Positions 27,138 through 39,022 are shown, counted from the stretch's first letter. The stretch is DNA of 64,000 bases from Tubulanus polymorphus (GCF_964204645.1 NC_134026.1:10997950-11061949); one strand, 5' to 3'. The notes: a model not told the origin generated them from the sequence alone. Translations and numbers: made by a program.

Positions 27138-30100
27138 TTTATTTACAGTCCGTTACATAAAATATCTCAACAGACTTTACAAATTGACAAAAACATAAGA
27201 CAATTGACAGATATATAATTTCAAACGGTTGCTTCAAGTAAAATCATTTGTAGTGCTGATTAAATAGGCGTGTTTTCAATTGCGAGGTATAACTATTAAG
27301 GGAAGATAAATCGCGCATCGACTGTGGCAAAGCATTCCAAAGGCGGGGGGCTCCCGCCGCAAAAGCTCAAGAGCCATAAAATTCTCAGTGGTATCTCGGT
27401 TCAAATAATTTAGTTGCCTAGGTTGAGCACGTGTGTCTGGAAGGTGTAAGAGTGGTTAAAACAGACAAAAGATAGGCTGGTGCTTGGTCATGCAAGTTAA
27501 CAGGAGAATTTTGTATTCAATGCACGATTGAACAGGGAGCCAATGTAGTTCATACAGTATAGGAGTGATATGCTCGTGCTTCTTAGAGTGACTAGGCGTG
27601 CGGCAGAATTTTGAAGCATTTTTAGGCGAGAAATATAACAATTCGGAAGACCGTAGCGAAGACTATTACAGTAATCTAATTTGGAAGTTATAAAAGCGTG
27701 AATCAATCTTTCGGTGCTAGTGCGATCTAAAAACTTGCGTATTTTACCAATGCGATGCAGGGAGTAAGAAATGGATCTACAGACGTAAGATATATGACAA
27801 GACATGGTAAAATTATGATCAAAATAAAAGCCAAGATCTCTGACTGACTGACAAGTAGCTATACTGTCATCTCCTATTCTAATACTTGATAGCTTGTCTC
27901 CCTTACGAAATTTTGACGTAAAATGTATAACCTCTGTCTTACTATCATTAAAAACAAGTCTATTGCACTTCAACCATTCCTTTATTTCGTCAACACACTT
28001 CTCAACTCTTGATTTAGAAGCTGCACAACTCTTGCAGACGAAATAAATCTGGGTATCATCGGCATATAACAATAAGTCCAGTGTATGTTTAATAATAATT
28101 TCTTTGATTGGTGCAAGATATAAACTGAAAAGTGTAGGGCCTAGTACACTTCCCTGAGGTACACCACACTTGAGTTTAACATTTTGGATGACGATCTGTC
28201 AATCACAACATGCTGATACCTATTTTCTAAATATGACCTAATCCATTCTAAAGGAACATCTTTCACTCCATACCAATTCTGTAATCTATTCAATAGAATA
28301 CCGTGATCTATAGTGTCAAAAGCCGCAGTTAGATCTAATAAGACCAGCACTACTTCATTGTGATTATCAAGTGCTAACAAAATATGAACACAGGCTGGCC
28401 ATAGTGTGCGGGGGGGGGGGGGGCCCATTGTTGGAATGAACCAATTTGCATGATTAATAGTATATTAATATTTTCAATTATGTAATGAAAAAATGACCTC
28501 GCGAGTGCAGAACCTTTGGTCTTTTTGTTTTATTATAAGATCATTATATACGCCAGTAGGAAACTTATCATATATAGATGTATATATTGTAATGTATTAT
28601 TTTTCAGAGTATGCAACATCAAATTTCACATGTAAGTTCCCAAATTGAGGCAGTCAAAGTACTTACATACAATGCAGCTCGAATGAAAGAAGCTGGTGAA
28701 CCTGTTTTGAAACACGCAGCTATGGCAAAATACTTAGCCTCAGAGGTATGCTATATACATAAACCTTCGACAATCAATCACCATTTTACTTATTTTTTCA
28801 CATCTCATCAAGAAGTCATGCATTTAAAGATGCTGACCCCCAGATTTTGTAGTCATTTAATGATCGGGATCATCTTTTTAAAACACTTGTTACTAACAAG
28901 AGAATCATAGCTTGAGAACGATGATTTCTCTCGTTATCATCTTACACGGATATTGTGTATCTTCTCGTCTCACTTGTTCCTAGTAACTGTAGACTCTGTT
29001 TAAACCGGTATTGGTTTATCGGGTAATCCATTCAATTGGTTTATCGGGTAATCCATTCAATTCAGTAAAATAAAAGATTTCCTTTCGCCACTCTTTGTCA
29101 ATACATAAATATTGCCTAGTTCGCTATCGCTGAATTCAGTAATCAGCCTTATTTGGTAAGATTTAACTTCATTTCTGTTCAATCAGCGCCTTAACTTGTA
29201 AACTGCACCAACAATGCAAAACTTTGAATCTTTTATCACTGTTAGTGATTCATATTAGGCCTTATATTACTCGTGTGTAGTACAATTAACTGCTTAAGAA
29301 TTGTTTCATTGGTTTAAAAGAAAAAACTTGATATTAAAAGAAATGAGGTGTCTTAGGCCTGGGTGTGATGGTGTAATATGCCGAACGCTGGGGCATTAGA
29401 AGGCCTCTTGATATCTCCCCAGACAATCATCTAGTGGGCTAAATGCAATTCAAAATCAAGATTAAGCACACTTCATTGTTCCTTAGTATTTACACATGCA
29501 CCATTGGATTTCCACAATAAAGTAGACAGTATGAAGAGAATCGAAAATTCAATTCAAGATGTGATAACATAGAATACGTGCATTTACCAAAAGTGTGACT
29601 AAGACCGCGTAGAATCTGATTGTGGGACTTATGAGCAGTATATTATGTCATTACAAACATGATATGGGCCTCGCTCCCAGCTATGATTAAGCTATAAAGA
29701 GCTAACTGTGTCTCCTGAAACCAAGTAGACGAAAATGCTAATATAATACAATTCTAATTCTAACATGGAGCAACATATAATATATGCTAAGCCCTCCTCG
29801 GCTCCCCTTGTCGGCGAGTCTTTGGAAGCCTATTGCCCAAGACTCCGATCCCAATGCCTTGCGTAAATCTTTGGCAGTCTCGGCTTGGTTAGAATTACAG
29901 TTGTGGGGTGAATTTAACCCAGTGTCCCTTTGATTTCCCCATCCAGAGCGGGGCATGAAACTGGGAAAATTTTCAGTTTGACAAAACCACTGATAGGGGC
30001 TTTCCACTTATCGTATTACGCCACTCCGGGTGCTGTGAATCATTTCCATGGGTGTCTAGATGTGAACTTCATTCAGAACTGCCCAGATGCCTGGTTAGGA

Positions 30101-32258
30101 CAATCGGTATACATCCAGAGATGCCAACGGTTCTGGTTTGCGTAACTGTTCCCTAAGATCTTGTGAAAATACGGCGTTTTGTTTTTAGAGAAATTGTTAC
30201 GGATTTTTATTAGGCCAGCTGTAGGCTGAGTCTATTACTATACAAATGGAGGGAATTTAAATGACATGGTTTCCAGAGCTAGGACTCTTTGACTGTGCAA
30301 CTGAGCATAATATATTCATACAAATCATGCATTTGAGCATTGTCCATTCTCCAACCCCTATGAAGCTGAATTTTGAAAAGGGGCCTCGTTGAAAATTATA
30401 TGAGCTTTTTTGCGAAAATCTGAACGCAAAAATATCAGTTTTAAAAAGCCAATCAGAAATCAAAGATTCCTCTGTGATTGGCTTAGCCGCAGAGATCAGC
30501 AGGTATTCACGTTAACCTGCGGTACCATCTACCGTTTTACTTCCGGGTTTTATTAAGATCTAAAATTGTATTTCAAGATCGATTTCTGTGAAATCTTTAG
30601 TTGACTTGATTTTTGGAGGAATATTTTTAAGATAAGATGATAACATCAATTTGTATACAGAATGTCGTCTTTAACATAAGGAACATTTCTATTTCAAAGG
30701 TTGCTGCCTTGACGACCAGTAAGTGCGTTGAATGGATGGGAGGAGTTGGATTTTCAAAAGAATACCCAATCGAAAAGTATTATCGAGACTGCAAAATAGG
30801 TAAACTCTCATTTTCAAAAGGAATGTTCTAATCAATGAATGCAGATAAACAAATCAGTGTCCATCTTAACTTGTAGCAAAAGCTCAAAAGCAATAGAAAA
30901 TATATATGTAGATATGTAATATTAAATTTTTAATCTTAGATTAGATATTGAAATGATTATATTCCCAGTGAGGCCAAAAAATGATATGTTGTTTCTCATC
31001 ACATTCAAATCCTGCCCACCTCTGATAATTGAACCAGAATAATAGCCAGAAAAAATTCAAAGCTCTCTCTTGCCTCGAGGCTCTGCGATATAAGTATTTT
31101 TATCAAAATCAAAAAATGCTCCCACGTGCAGACAAATAACAAGCAAAGCAGTGGCTGAGTGGTTTAAGCCACCGGTCACTGGTCTCATCAATCCAGGGTT
31201 TTAGGGTTCAAACCCTAGTGGCAGTAGTATAAATATAACCCACAGAATGCAAGATTTTCCATTTTATGAAAAGCTTATAGGCTGGCCATAGTGCCCCTCG
31301 GGCTCTTGTTAATTATTTCATTTCTATAACTACCAGTTCTGCTGTTGTTAGTTTGATTGTGGTTTAAAAAAAAGTAGCGTACAGGGTATATAGGCGGGTC
31401 TACTTAAAAGCTCAATGGAAATGAAAAACAAGGTATCAATCTTTTAACGTATTTACCTTCTCTTCCTTGTATAAACAACTGTTTGTCAATTAGAATCTAA
31501 TAACCTAATACTTTTATAACATGCATTTCCTTTTATGTCAAGTATAAGCTGATAGAGCACCTTATTGAAGCAATGTATGGTCTAGTATGGTGGATATGAT
31601 TAACTCCTTCAATTCACTCACTTCTGCGCTGAATCTAACAGTGCCCATCGCCACCTTGTTTTTATAATCTTCTCTCAATCATACTTGTAAGTTCAGTCGG
31701 GGATTTTGGCCCGATGATCGACGATCTTTATTTCGTTTATCCTCAAGGCAAATGCCGGTCTTCATCTGGTTTCTCTGACACTATGCTACAGTGGAACCTC
31801 GTTCTAATGAACTCGAATACAACGATTCATCGGATGTAACAAATATAGAATTTTGTCCCAAGTAAGAAAATGTGATTAATTTTGTACTGGATATAACAAA
31901 CTATCGGTTATGACAAACATTTTCTGGTCCCCTGAAGTTCGTTATAACGAGGTTCCACTGTAGTAGCTTCATCTTAACTAAGTATCTTCAATCAGATCGG
32001 CTCAATCTGAATTTTGGTCCAATCCGGACAATATTTGCAGTCCACTTGTTCCCCGTAAACCGGATGAATTTAGTTGGTCCCAAATGATTAAGCAGATTTC
32101 ACTGTATAACAACCGTATAACAGTTGATATCGCTATTTTCTTGAATGATTCATTGGGATTAATGTAATTCTTCTATCGTAGGTGCAATCTATGAAGGAAC
32201 TTCTAACATACAGCTCTCGACGATAGCTAAATGCATCGAGAAGGAATACGGCTGCTGA
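12039..32258 (+). CDS. ACADSB: Short/branched-chain acyl-CoA dehydrogenase, mitochondrial, paralogue 1 (412 aa, 11 coding exons)
   Basis: Exons 12039-12059, 13978-14092, 18342-18442, 21496-21702, 21889-22059, 23645-23770, 23859-23951, 26050-26139, 28608-28745, 30700-30799, 32182-32258. All GT-AG, phases compatible, 1239 nt. Motifs [77 protein letters not shown] (catalytic Glu). Arg/Ser-rich N-terminus resembles a mitochondrial transit peptide. Exon 1 is the least certain. Confidence 0.95.
14453..15108. mobile_element. Degraded hAT-like non-autonomous element in ACADSB-1 intron 2
   Basis: Right end GTTATCATCCCTG, partial left end GATAATTTTCCGCTGTTCGGCGGA, internal GGGGAGGACCCCCAG block. No TSD seen. 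Confidence 0.4.
15350..16314 (+). mobile_element. 5'-truncated LINE ORF2 C-terminus (RTEX-like by inference) in ACADSB-1 intron 2
   Basis: '[16 protein letters not shown]', ORF 15499-16041 '[31 protein letters not shown]', then '[11 protein letters not shown]'. AATAAA + (AATTGT)n tail. Confidence 0.85.
16561..17320 (+). mobile_element. Partial Helentron/HINE-like element, family A
   Basis: Diverged copy of the 5' part of the 18966 and 33868 elements (TTTTCAGCCAACTTGGGAC..GGGCTATTGCGTTCACTTTTCG, CAAGATGGC motifs, one partial 154-bp unit). Confidence 0.7.
17336..17543. repeat. ~208-bp foldback (palindromic MITE)
   Basis: ACCCTTCATTGGTCTATT..CCAGAATTTCTTGG..GGTTAACGC..CCAGTCTATATAT is mirrored by ATATATAGACTGGGCGTTAACC..CCAAGAAATTCTGG..AATAGACCCATGAAGGGT. 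Confidence 0.75.
17878..18250 (+). mobile_element. HINE-like element fragment (5' hairpin + (TCTG)n microsatellite)
   Basis: T-run, hairpin GATGGGTTTCGTC..GACGAACCCATC, then (TCTG)n at ~17930-17961. The 3' limit is uncertain. Confidence 0.5.
18966..20068 (+). mobile_element. Full-length Helentron-associated (HINE/DINE-1-like) element, family A, copy 1
   Basis: T-run + subterminal IR GCCCACTTGGGA ... TCCCAAGTGGGC, 5' hairpin, (GTCC)n microsatellite, internal ~154-bp repeats (anchors 19666, 19822, 19976), 3' hairpin ending TAGTT. Closely similar to 33868-35133. Confidence 0.85.
20095..20508 (-). mobile_element. Ty3/Gypsy gag fragment
   Basis: '[42 protein letters not shown]' is the typical Gypsy gag pattern. 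Disrupted, no LTR seen. Confidence 0.75.
20515..21075 (+). repeat. Free array of the ~154-bp HINE-A internal repeat (about 4 units)
   Basis: Units anchored at ~20605, 20760, 20909, 21063 (GGTCACCAGGGGGCATTGAAT..CAATTGCAAAG..GTGGTGAGTTTCAAGGTCAT), without the element termini. Confidence 0.8.
24330..25290 (+). mobile_element. RTE-type LINE reverse transcriptase fragment interrupted by a hAT element
   Basis: '[24 protein letters not shown]' continues in frame as '[22 protein letters not shown]' once 24414-25193 and one TSD copy are removed. Confidence 0.7.
24414..25193 (+). mobile_element. Internally deleted hAT-family transposon with 6-bp TSD
   Basis: TIRs CAGGGCTGCCAA / TTGGCAGGTCTG; TSD CATAAC (24408-24413, 25194-25199). 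Retains an acidic N-terminus and BED-like zinc finger '[31 protein letters not shown]'. Confidence 0.82.
27103..28386 (-). mobile_element. 5'-truncated L2/CR1-group LINE (RT domain and 3' end) in ACADSB-1 intron 8
   Basis: '[18 protein letters not shown]', 'YADDTQIY', '[15 protein letters not shown]', '[14 protein letters not shown]'; (TTA)n tail at 27103-27137. Confidence 0.9.
31148..31225 (+). repeat. tRNA-derived (SINE-head-like) sequence
   Basis: A-box-like TGGCTGAGTGG and B-box-like GGTTCAAACCC with tRNA-like spacing; no convincing cloverleaf. Confidence 0.4.
31789..31960. mobile_element. Tc1/mariner-pogo-type MITE (172 bp) in ACADSB-1 intron 10
   Basis: TIRs CAGTGGAACCTCGTT / AACGAGGTTCCACTG, TA on both flanks. 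Confidence 0.88.
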
Positions 32259-32780
32259 GTATTGAATGAATCAACCCAGGGAATTTCGTAATAGCCGCCG
32301 CGTTGTTGACTTGATTAGCAGTAGTGTACATAGACCTTGGTACATTTACAAATGAGGATTTTTACCGATTGATTCAACATCATCGTTTTGCACGAATTGT
32401 TACGTAGAGTGTGATTGAATGCATATTATAAATAGGACCGACATGGTATAAGGTTTTCAACTGTCAAAATTGAAATTTACATACGATGGATCGTATGATA
32501 TGATATAATATGTAAGGCAGGTTTCGATTGGATGTATTCTATTTTAAGAAAAGCAATTTTGGATTACAAACTTTTCCGGCCTTCTATCAGGGTTCGAGAT
32601 CGTGATTGCTCTTCTGGAATAGGTACCGGGTGCGTAGAGCGTAGTCGATAAAAACAGAAGCACCAAATGAGTATTTCAGTCAGATGGATCGAAACTTGCC
32701 GATTTTACATATATTTATAAAAGAGGTACGTACGTATCATGTACGTATTGTATTCAGTTTGATCGGATCCTACATTGCAG

Positions 32781-32786
32781 AATAAA
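32781..32786 (+). terminator. Candidate polyadenylation signal of ACADSB-1
   Basis: AATAAA about 520 nt after the stop codon, followed by T-rich sequence. Confidence 0.4.
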
Positions 32787-33039
32787 ATTACCACAACTAT
32801 ATTTATTTTTGAATTAAACAAGTTGTCCCATTCAATTATGTTGGATTTGAGCAGGTAAAATGCAGTTTTTTATGTGATTACTCGATCACGTGTCTTTTTC
32901 CCTTGAATATTCATGCCATTATGTCTAGGGCTGTATTCACGAAGCAACGGGAAGTAACGTGAACTTACTGGTGAAGTTACGTGCGGACTTACGGCTGGTC
33001 TACAAGGTATTCACGTAGCTACCGGTAAGTTTGCATTTC

Positions 33040-33344
33040 CAGGCCCGTGCCGAGCTTTTATGAGGGGCAGTTTTATTTGAAGAAAAAGGGCACTTTTTCA
33101 CCGTAAAAAGGGGCACATTGTTCTTTGAAAAAGGGCAGATCTTAAACATGAAGTGCCTGGGTACCTAGATAAAATCATTTGAGAATGGATTGCTTTTCGT
33201 TTTCAAAACAAAAAAATGAAAATTGTTTCCAAATTTTGAAAAACCATGACCCAAATTTTTTGACACTGACTTTTGGAAGGGCACTTAAGAAATTTTAGGA
33301 GGTTCGTTTGCTACCCCCAACCCCCCTTCTCGGCATGGGCGTTG
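33040..33344. mobile_element. ~300-bp MITE (second copy at 61520-61809)
   Basis: TIR GGCCCGTGCCGAG / CTCGGCATGGGC; internal AAGGGCAC repeats; collinear similarity with 61520-61809. Confidence 0.7.
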
Positions 33345-33867
33345 GTCACCCGTTAGTTCTGCACGGGGTACATAAATAGCAAAGGGCGTATTATTCTTCG
33401 AACCAACATTGACTCCCCCAGATCCAGATGCCAGCCTTTAGAAAATTTGAGGATCGATTTCAAAAGATTCGCTCAGTGGTAACACTTTTTCATTCGTTTT
33501 CGTTCAAAACATTAACATGTTTCCCAGCTTACTTGATTTGTGGCCAATAATGTAGCAAAAAGAAACAAAATTTTCACCTCAAATTCTTGGAGTTGTGAAA
33601 TCGCTTTTTGCATCTAATTTCCAAAAACTTTCTGCACAAGTACTCCCCGAACCCGACATTTGATTTGCGTGGTTACCTTACAGCACGTTCCCTTTCAAGA
33701 AGAAAGTTCCGCTTTCAGGAAAATCGATTCAATGTAAACTCTAGTGTTATTTTTGAGCAATATAGCCTATATACTTAGTTTGTAAAATTTGTACATTTGT
33801 ATTAATAAGACTTGAATGAATTCGTGTTAGCGCTGATTGGAATTTCCATTAACTTATCACTGCCTCA

Positions 33868-35133
33868 TTTTTTAGCCCACTTGGGACTTTAGTCCCAGCG
33901 GGCTATTGCGTTCACTTTTCGTCCGTCCGTCCATCCGTCCGTAGACGGAATCCAGTTATTTTGGGAAGTTTTGAAGACGCTTCAAGGTAACGTCTTGATA
34001 TTTGGGTTACACATGTATCTACCCTAGACACATCTTCAGCCAAAAAACTGGCCCTGTCAGAATCAAGATGGCCGACTGGCTGCCATTGTTGTTCGCCAAA
34101 ATCAGCACTTTTTACACATTTTTGAACTTTTTGAGGGAAATTTTGAAGACGCTTTGATCAATTAGCTTGATCTTTCGGATATATGTGAATCCCCCCAGGG
34201 CCCATCAACATACCGAAAATTGGGTCGGTCGGACTCAAGATGGCCGTCCTATGACCTTTTTAGTGCCCAAAAATGTTAATTTTGGCCCGAATTCTGAGTC
34301 CTGTAGCTTCCTACTGGTTTGCCATTTCTCATTACAATTTGTGATGGGTATTCTTTGGAAAGGGATGTTTTATACCTGAGACAGGTATTTTTCATCAGCC
34401 AATTACGACGCAATTGGCGGCCATCTTTGTGTCACCAGTACTCATTCGTAAGTGGGAAAAAGTTTTTCCACATTATATTGATACCTAAGCGTATTTTGAT
34501 ACCACAATCAATTAGAAAGTTGTAGCTCATAACGTGTTCTATGATTGTGGTGAGTTTCAAGGTAATTGGATTTCGTATATGGCCACCAGGGGGCGTTGAA
34601 TAATACAATATCTTAGCATTTCTTTATTATATTCGTACCTATGCATATTTTGTAACCACAATCAATTGGAAAGTTGTAGCTCATGACATCATCTATGATT
34701 GTTGCGAGTTTTAAGGACATAAGTTTATCTATATGGTCACCAGGGGGCGTTGAATAGTAGAATAACTTAGTATTTCCTTATTATATTGGTACCTAGGCAT
34801 ATTTTGTTACCATGATCAATTGCAAAGTTGTAGTTCATGACATGTTCTATGATTGTGGTGAGTTTCGAGGTCATTGGGTTTTGAATATGGTCACCAGGGG
34901 GCATTGAATAGTAGAATGACTTAGTATTTCCATATTAAATTGGTAACGATGCATATTTTGTTATCACAATCAATTACAAAATCGTAGCTGCTGACATGTT
35001 CTATGTATGGTGAGTTTCAAGGTCATTGGTTTTTGTAAATGGTCACCAGGGGGCGTTGAATATTGAAATTGTTAGATTGTTGAGCATTTGAAACCACTTC
35101 CCAAGTGGGCATGGTGTCCCTGGACCCCTAGTT
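33868..35133 (+). mobile_element. Full-length Helentron-associated (HINE-like) element, family A, copy 2
   Basis: Same termini as 18966-20068. Internal repeat anchors at 34581, 34735, 34889, 35041 (one more unit than copy 1). Confidence 0.85.
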
Positions 35134-35169
35134 GTCCCTCACGGAGACCATCATCTGCCCCGGCGTAAT

Positions 35170-36330
35170 GTTCCTCCTCATCTGGTCGCTCTTCAAATTC
35201 ACTGGTTATGGGAGTCCTGGCAATTCACAGAAGTTGTGAAGAAGCATTAGCCGCCATCACCGAACTGCATTTCTGAGGGTTAAGCATAATCGCATTACTT
35301 TAAAATGAGAATTTTTGATAATTTTAGATCAAGATCCTTAATCCCTGAATTGATTTGGGGTATCTTTTTGTGAAGATCAGATACCATCGATTGATACTTG
35401 TAATTTATAGTTTTTACACACCACGGCGTGTTGCATACTTCGCATTACGCGAACTTACCAAAGTTATGGCACACCAATGCATCGCATCTTCCATCGACGC
35501 GGCCAAACGTGCTTTTAATTTTTTCACCAATAACCATAGTGTCCGATGTACCACACTTGGTTATACCATGGACGTATAAACTAGACAAAACTAAACGTAT
35601 AAACACGTATAAACTAAATTAGTTTATAGTTTGTCGAGTTAATACGTCTACATGGTTACACTAGGAGGTTCTCTGGGGAGACAACCGCTGCCAGGATCAA
35701 TTTGGCACCTAGTTTTCTTGTGGCTGACAATTCGTTCTCCTTCTGTCCTCGGTTGGCCAAACGGCGTCATCAATTATTTCCGCAGAACCACTATCTCGAA
35801 ACAAGACACAGTTTTCTGATCGTACATGTACCACGACATCTCTGAGAGCGCAATTGCTCCATACCATTAGTTGAACCCGGCCACCGCACCACAATATCGA
35901 GAAATTTTATCGACGCATCACATGTTGATGTTTATGTCGTGAAAATTCTTTCGGCACGTAGATATTCAGTATATTCACGTTTACAACGGACCATTTAATT
36001 CTAACAGGGTTGCCATCTATACAATCAATACAACCTACAACAGCTGGAAATCCCGCAATATCATAGAACGCCAATTTCATCCGTCGCTGGTAAATTTCGT
36101 CTCGTGGAAATTTCAGTTGCCAGTGGCAAAATAACCGAGAACTACAAAAACTTGCATCGTCTCATTAATGGCAGCTGATCGCGCTTTTGCTAGTTTGAGA
36201 TCTCGCAGCATATCCACTTACTCCAATATGACGAATCTCGGCATTCTAAAGCGCTTCGTCATTTCTAAATCGTCATATACCTCTTAGGGATTTCTTCGGT
36301 CGCAAAGAATGCGTTCCCCCGAAAATGTCG
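35170..36330 (-). pseudogene. Second, heavily decayed Harbinger/HARBI1-like transposase
   Basis: Minus-strand remnants 'FPRDE..FYDIAGFPAVVGCID..DG', 'CRKNFHDINI', 'FLDIVVRWPGST', 'LLHNFC'. A Harbinger-like terminus GGGCTGTATTCACGAAG lies at ~32928. Confidence 0.7.
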
Positions 36331-36777
36331 ACGAAACTATCTTTTATGTTACAAAATTATAGCCATATTCGAGATATACGTGTGCGTTTGATTGACAATG
36401 GTTTCCGCAACAACACGAAAAACGATGAAAACTGTGAAAATAATTTATTGGCTTCATTGATTTCGATTTTGAATTTCGGTTCTTCTTCTTCTTTCTTCAT
36501 TTTTATAACAAAATTTGTATTAAAACATATTCAAATATAAATATTCAATGTTAAAATATGAATTATTTCAATCACACTTTACTCACACTTTTTGTGTTAA
36601 AAATAAGAATTTAACTCATTTAAATATAAATATTTACTGTTTTAAATATGAATAATTTCACTCACACTTTTTATGTTTAAAATTGATTTTTTATTGCTGA
36701 AATCTATATTTGATCTTATTTTTCTAGATTATTATGCTAACATTTTACTCTCACTTTTAAAACATGGAAATTTTAAG

Positions 36778-36879
36778 AGTAATAGGGAATATGTTGTTTC
36801 AGGTCAAAGGTTTAAGGGGCGAGTGAGTAAGAAATAAAAATAAATTCGAGCTTGTCGAAACAACATATTCCCTATTACT
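36778..36879. repeat. Inverted repeat with 23-bp arms (MITE remnant)
   Basis: AGTAATAGGGAATATGTTGTTTC ... GAAACAACATATTCCCTATTACT. Confidence 0.7.
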
Positions 36880-38410
36880 AACGCGATAGTAGAGCGGCCA
36901 AACCCAAAATTGAGTTTAATATCTCACCATGGAAACTGCGTCTGAAGTTGAACATTGTTGAAATTTGAGTGCAATTTGTAGAACCATTTGATCCATATAG
37001 TAACCCTGATGTAAGCAGCATATTGCAAAGAGAAATATCGTTTCCGGACAATTCGACCTTTCTCTTTTCAATGGTGATGAAATATTTCGCATTTGCTTGA
37101 TAATTCTCGGTGTATTTTAAGAATGATTGCAAAGAATCTATTTTTTTGACAACGCTTCTATTACATTTACTGTAGCGTAGGGCTAGGTGGTAAAACGTAA
37201 TCATCAACATGTTTGATAATTCTACATAATCAGGGGTCTCCAATGAGTCCCAAACGACGACCTTTGTACCAAACCTTCAGGGTCAAATAAACTCAACGTC
37301 GACTCATTTTGAGCAAAATGTCAATTTTATCATGAAATATTTGGATTTTCCCATTAACAATTTCCCTCAACAAAGAAATCGAGATCCAACTGGAATATAT
37401 ATTTTAAAATATCTTTTAACATAACTTCAACCCACGTTTTTCGGAGTTTGGACAATCATTGCCCGGGGAGGATGACTTGACATATGAACACTTGATACCT
37501 AGTAAGAAAAATTGATTGTAATGCGTTACAAGCTGAAAGGAAAATTTTTAGATTTTGATTTTTTTCTACATCTGATTCAGTCAAGAGTAATTTTAACTCA
37601 TACATTATTTCGTGCACGTTGCATAATTTATCTCTCGTCCGGGTCTCTCGTACGTCAATGATAAATTATTTAGGTACTGAAAATGATAGATTTATGAAAT
37701 CTAATGTTGTATTCGATTCTGTCAAATAGGTGATTTTTTTCGGCAGGTCTCTAAAGACTGATTTCTGATGTAAATTTCTATTCATCTGACTCATCAACAA
37801 GATCTTTCATCAGTTATATGACCATTTTGACCTTCTTGGTTGACCTTTGATAGCCGGGGTTGATGGGGAGGCCGTTTCCCATTTTGACATGTTCACACGG
37901 ATAGGCCACTACGCAGCTTTCGGCCATTCGTTAGGTCGTTCAATGGGTGTATCGTGTTTACAAACACAGCAAAGAGCATGTGCACTGCGAATAAAATGGC
38001 GGAAACTCTCTTGCATAAGAAAATTCTCATCCACGATACCGACTGGTGAGTTCACTCACCAGATGGCAGTTCCAGGGGGTGAGCAAGCCACGGCCCTTTA
38101 ATTGGCATGTCCTTCGATTTTGTCACCATGGCCTCAAACATACAAAACAATTTTTAAAAGAAATATGATTTTTGTTTATTACATTATTCTTCGTTGTATT
38201 AGCTATATGAATCGTGAGGGGCAATAGCTTCACTCAGATGGTGCCACTTGACGCTACCGTGGCGCTAACTGTCTGCATTGGTACGCCACATCCTGTCTCC
38301 GTAATGATTCGAGCTTGATGGCATCGCCTGACTCAGCCACAGTACGAAACCTTGCCACACTAGTTAGGGCGACAATCCCCGCCAACAAGACTCTGTTAAG
38401 TTATGCCTAG

Positions 38411-39005
38411 CCCTTTAACTGGCAATCGGTCGCTAGCGACCGATTTGAATAGACCAGCTATAATGAATAGAATAGTCAAGTATTGATTTCAGTGAAACAT
38501 TCTAACTCATTTTCCTATCAGCAGATGGCGACACCAGACGGCCTACAATGTCTAACAAGGTTGGAAAGTGATATATCATACATTTGGCATGTAGAAGGGG
38601 GGTATGGAAACCACGTGTCACGTGGGTCAGATTTCCAAAATTAAGAATATCGTTAGTAGTAATGGCCAATGCACTAAAGACGTTCTGTAGTAAGTTTGGC
38701 TGATATTTTGGACATAGTAATGAAAGATTCTGATGATAATTCATATTGGGATGAATCTCATCATAGTTTTTTATTATGGGTGGCCCAAAAATCTGAATGA
38801 CCTTGGGATCTGTGACCTTGGGATCAGACCCTGAAGGTAACCCCCAAAGTTCGCAAACATGGTATCATTTGAAAGCTTGTGAAAAGAGCTTTCATAAAAA
38901 AACATACAATATGGGGTTATCCCTCATATCTACTGAGTTATTAAGTTTTCCCCTTGCAAGGTCCAAAATCTCTTATAGGCCGAAAAATATTTGCCAGTTA
39001 AAGGG
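38411..39005. mobile_element. piggyBac-like non-autonomous element flanked by CTAG
   Basis: Perfect 15-bp TIR CCCTTTAACTGGCAA / TTGCCAGTTAAAGGG; CTAG at 38407-38410 and 39006-39009. Confidence 0.78.
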
Positions 39006-39022
39006 CTAGTAATAAAGCCACT

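Noticed and set aside
29738-30145. GC-richer intronic block with short ORFs on both strands
   Set aside because: No motif, terminus or second copy that I could identify.
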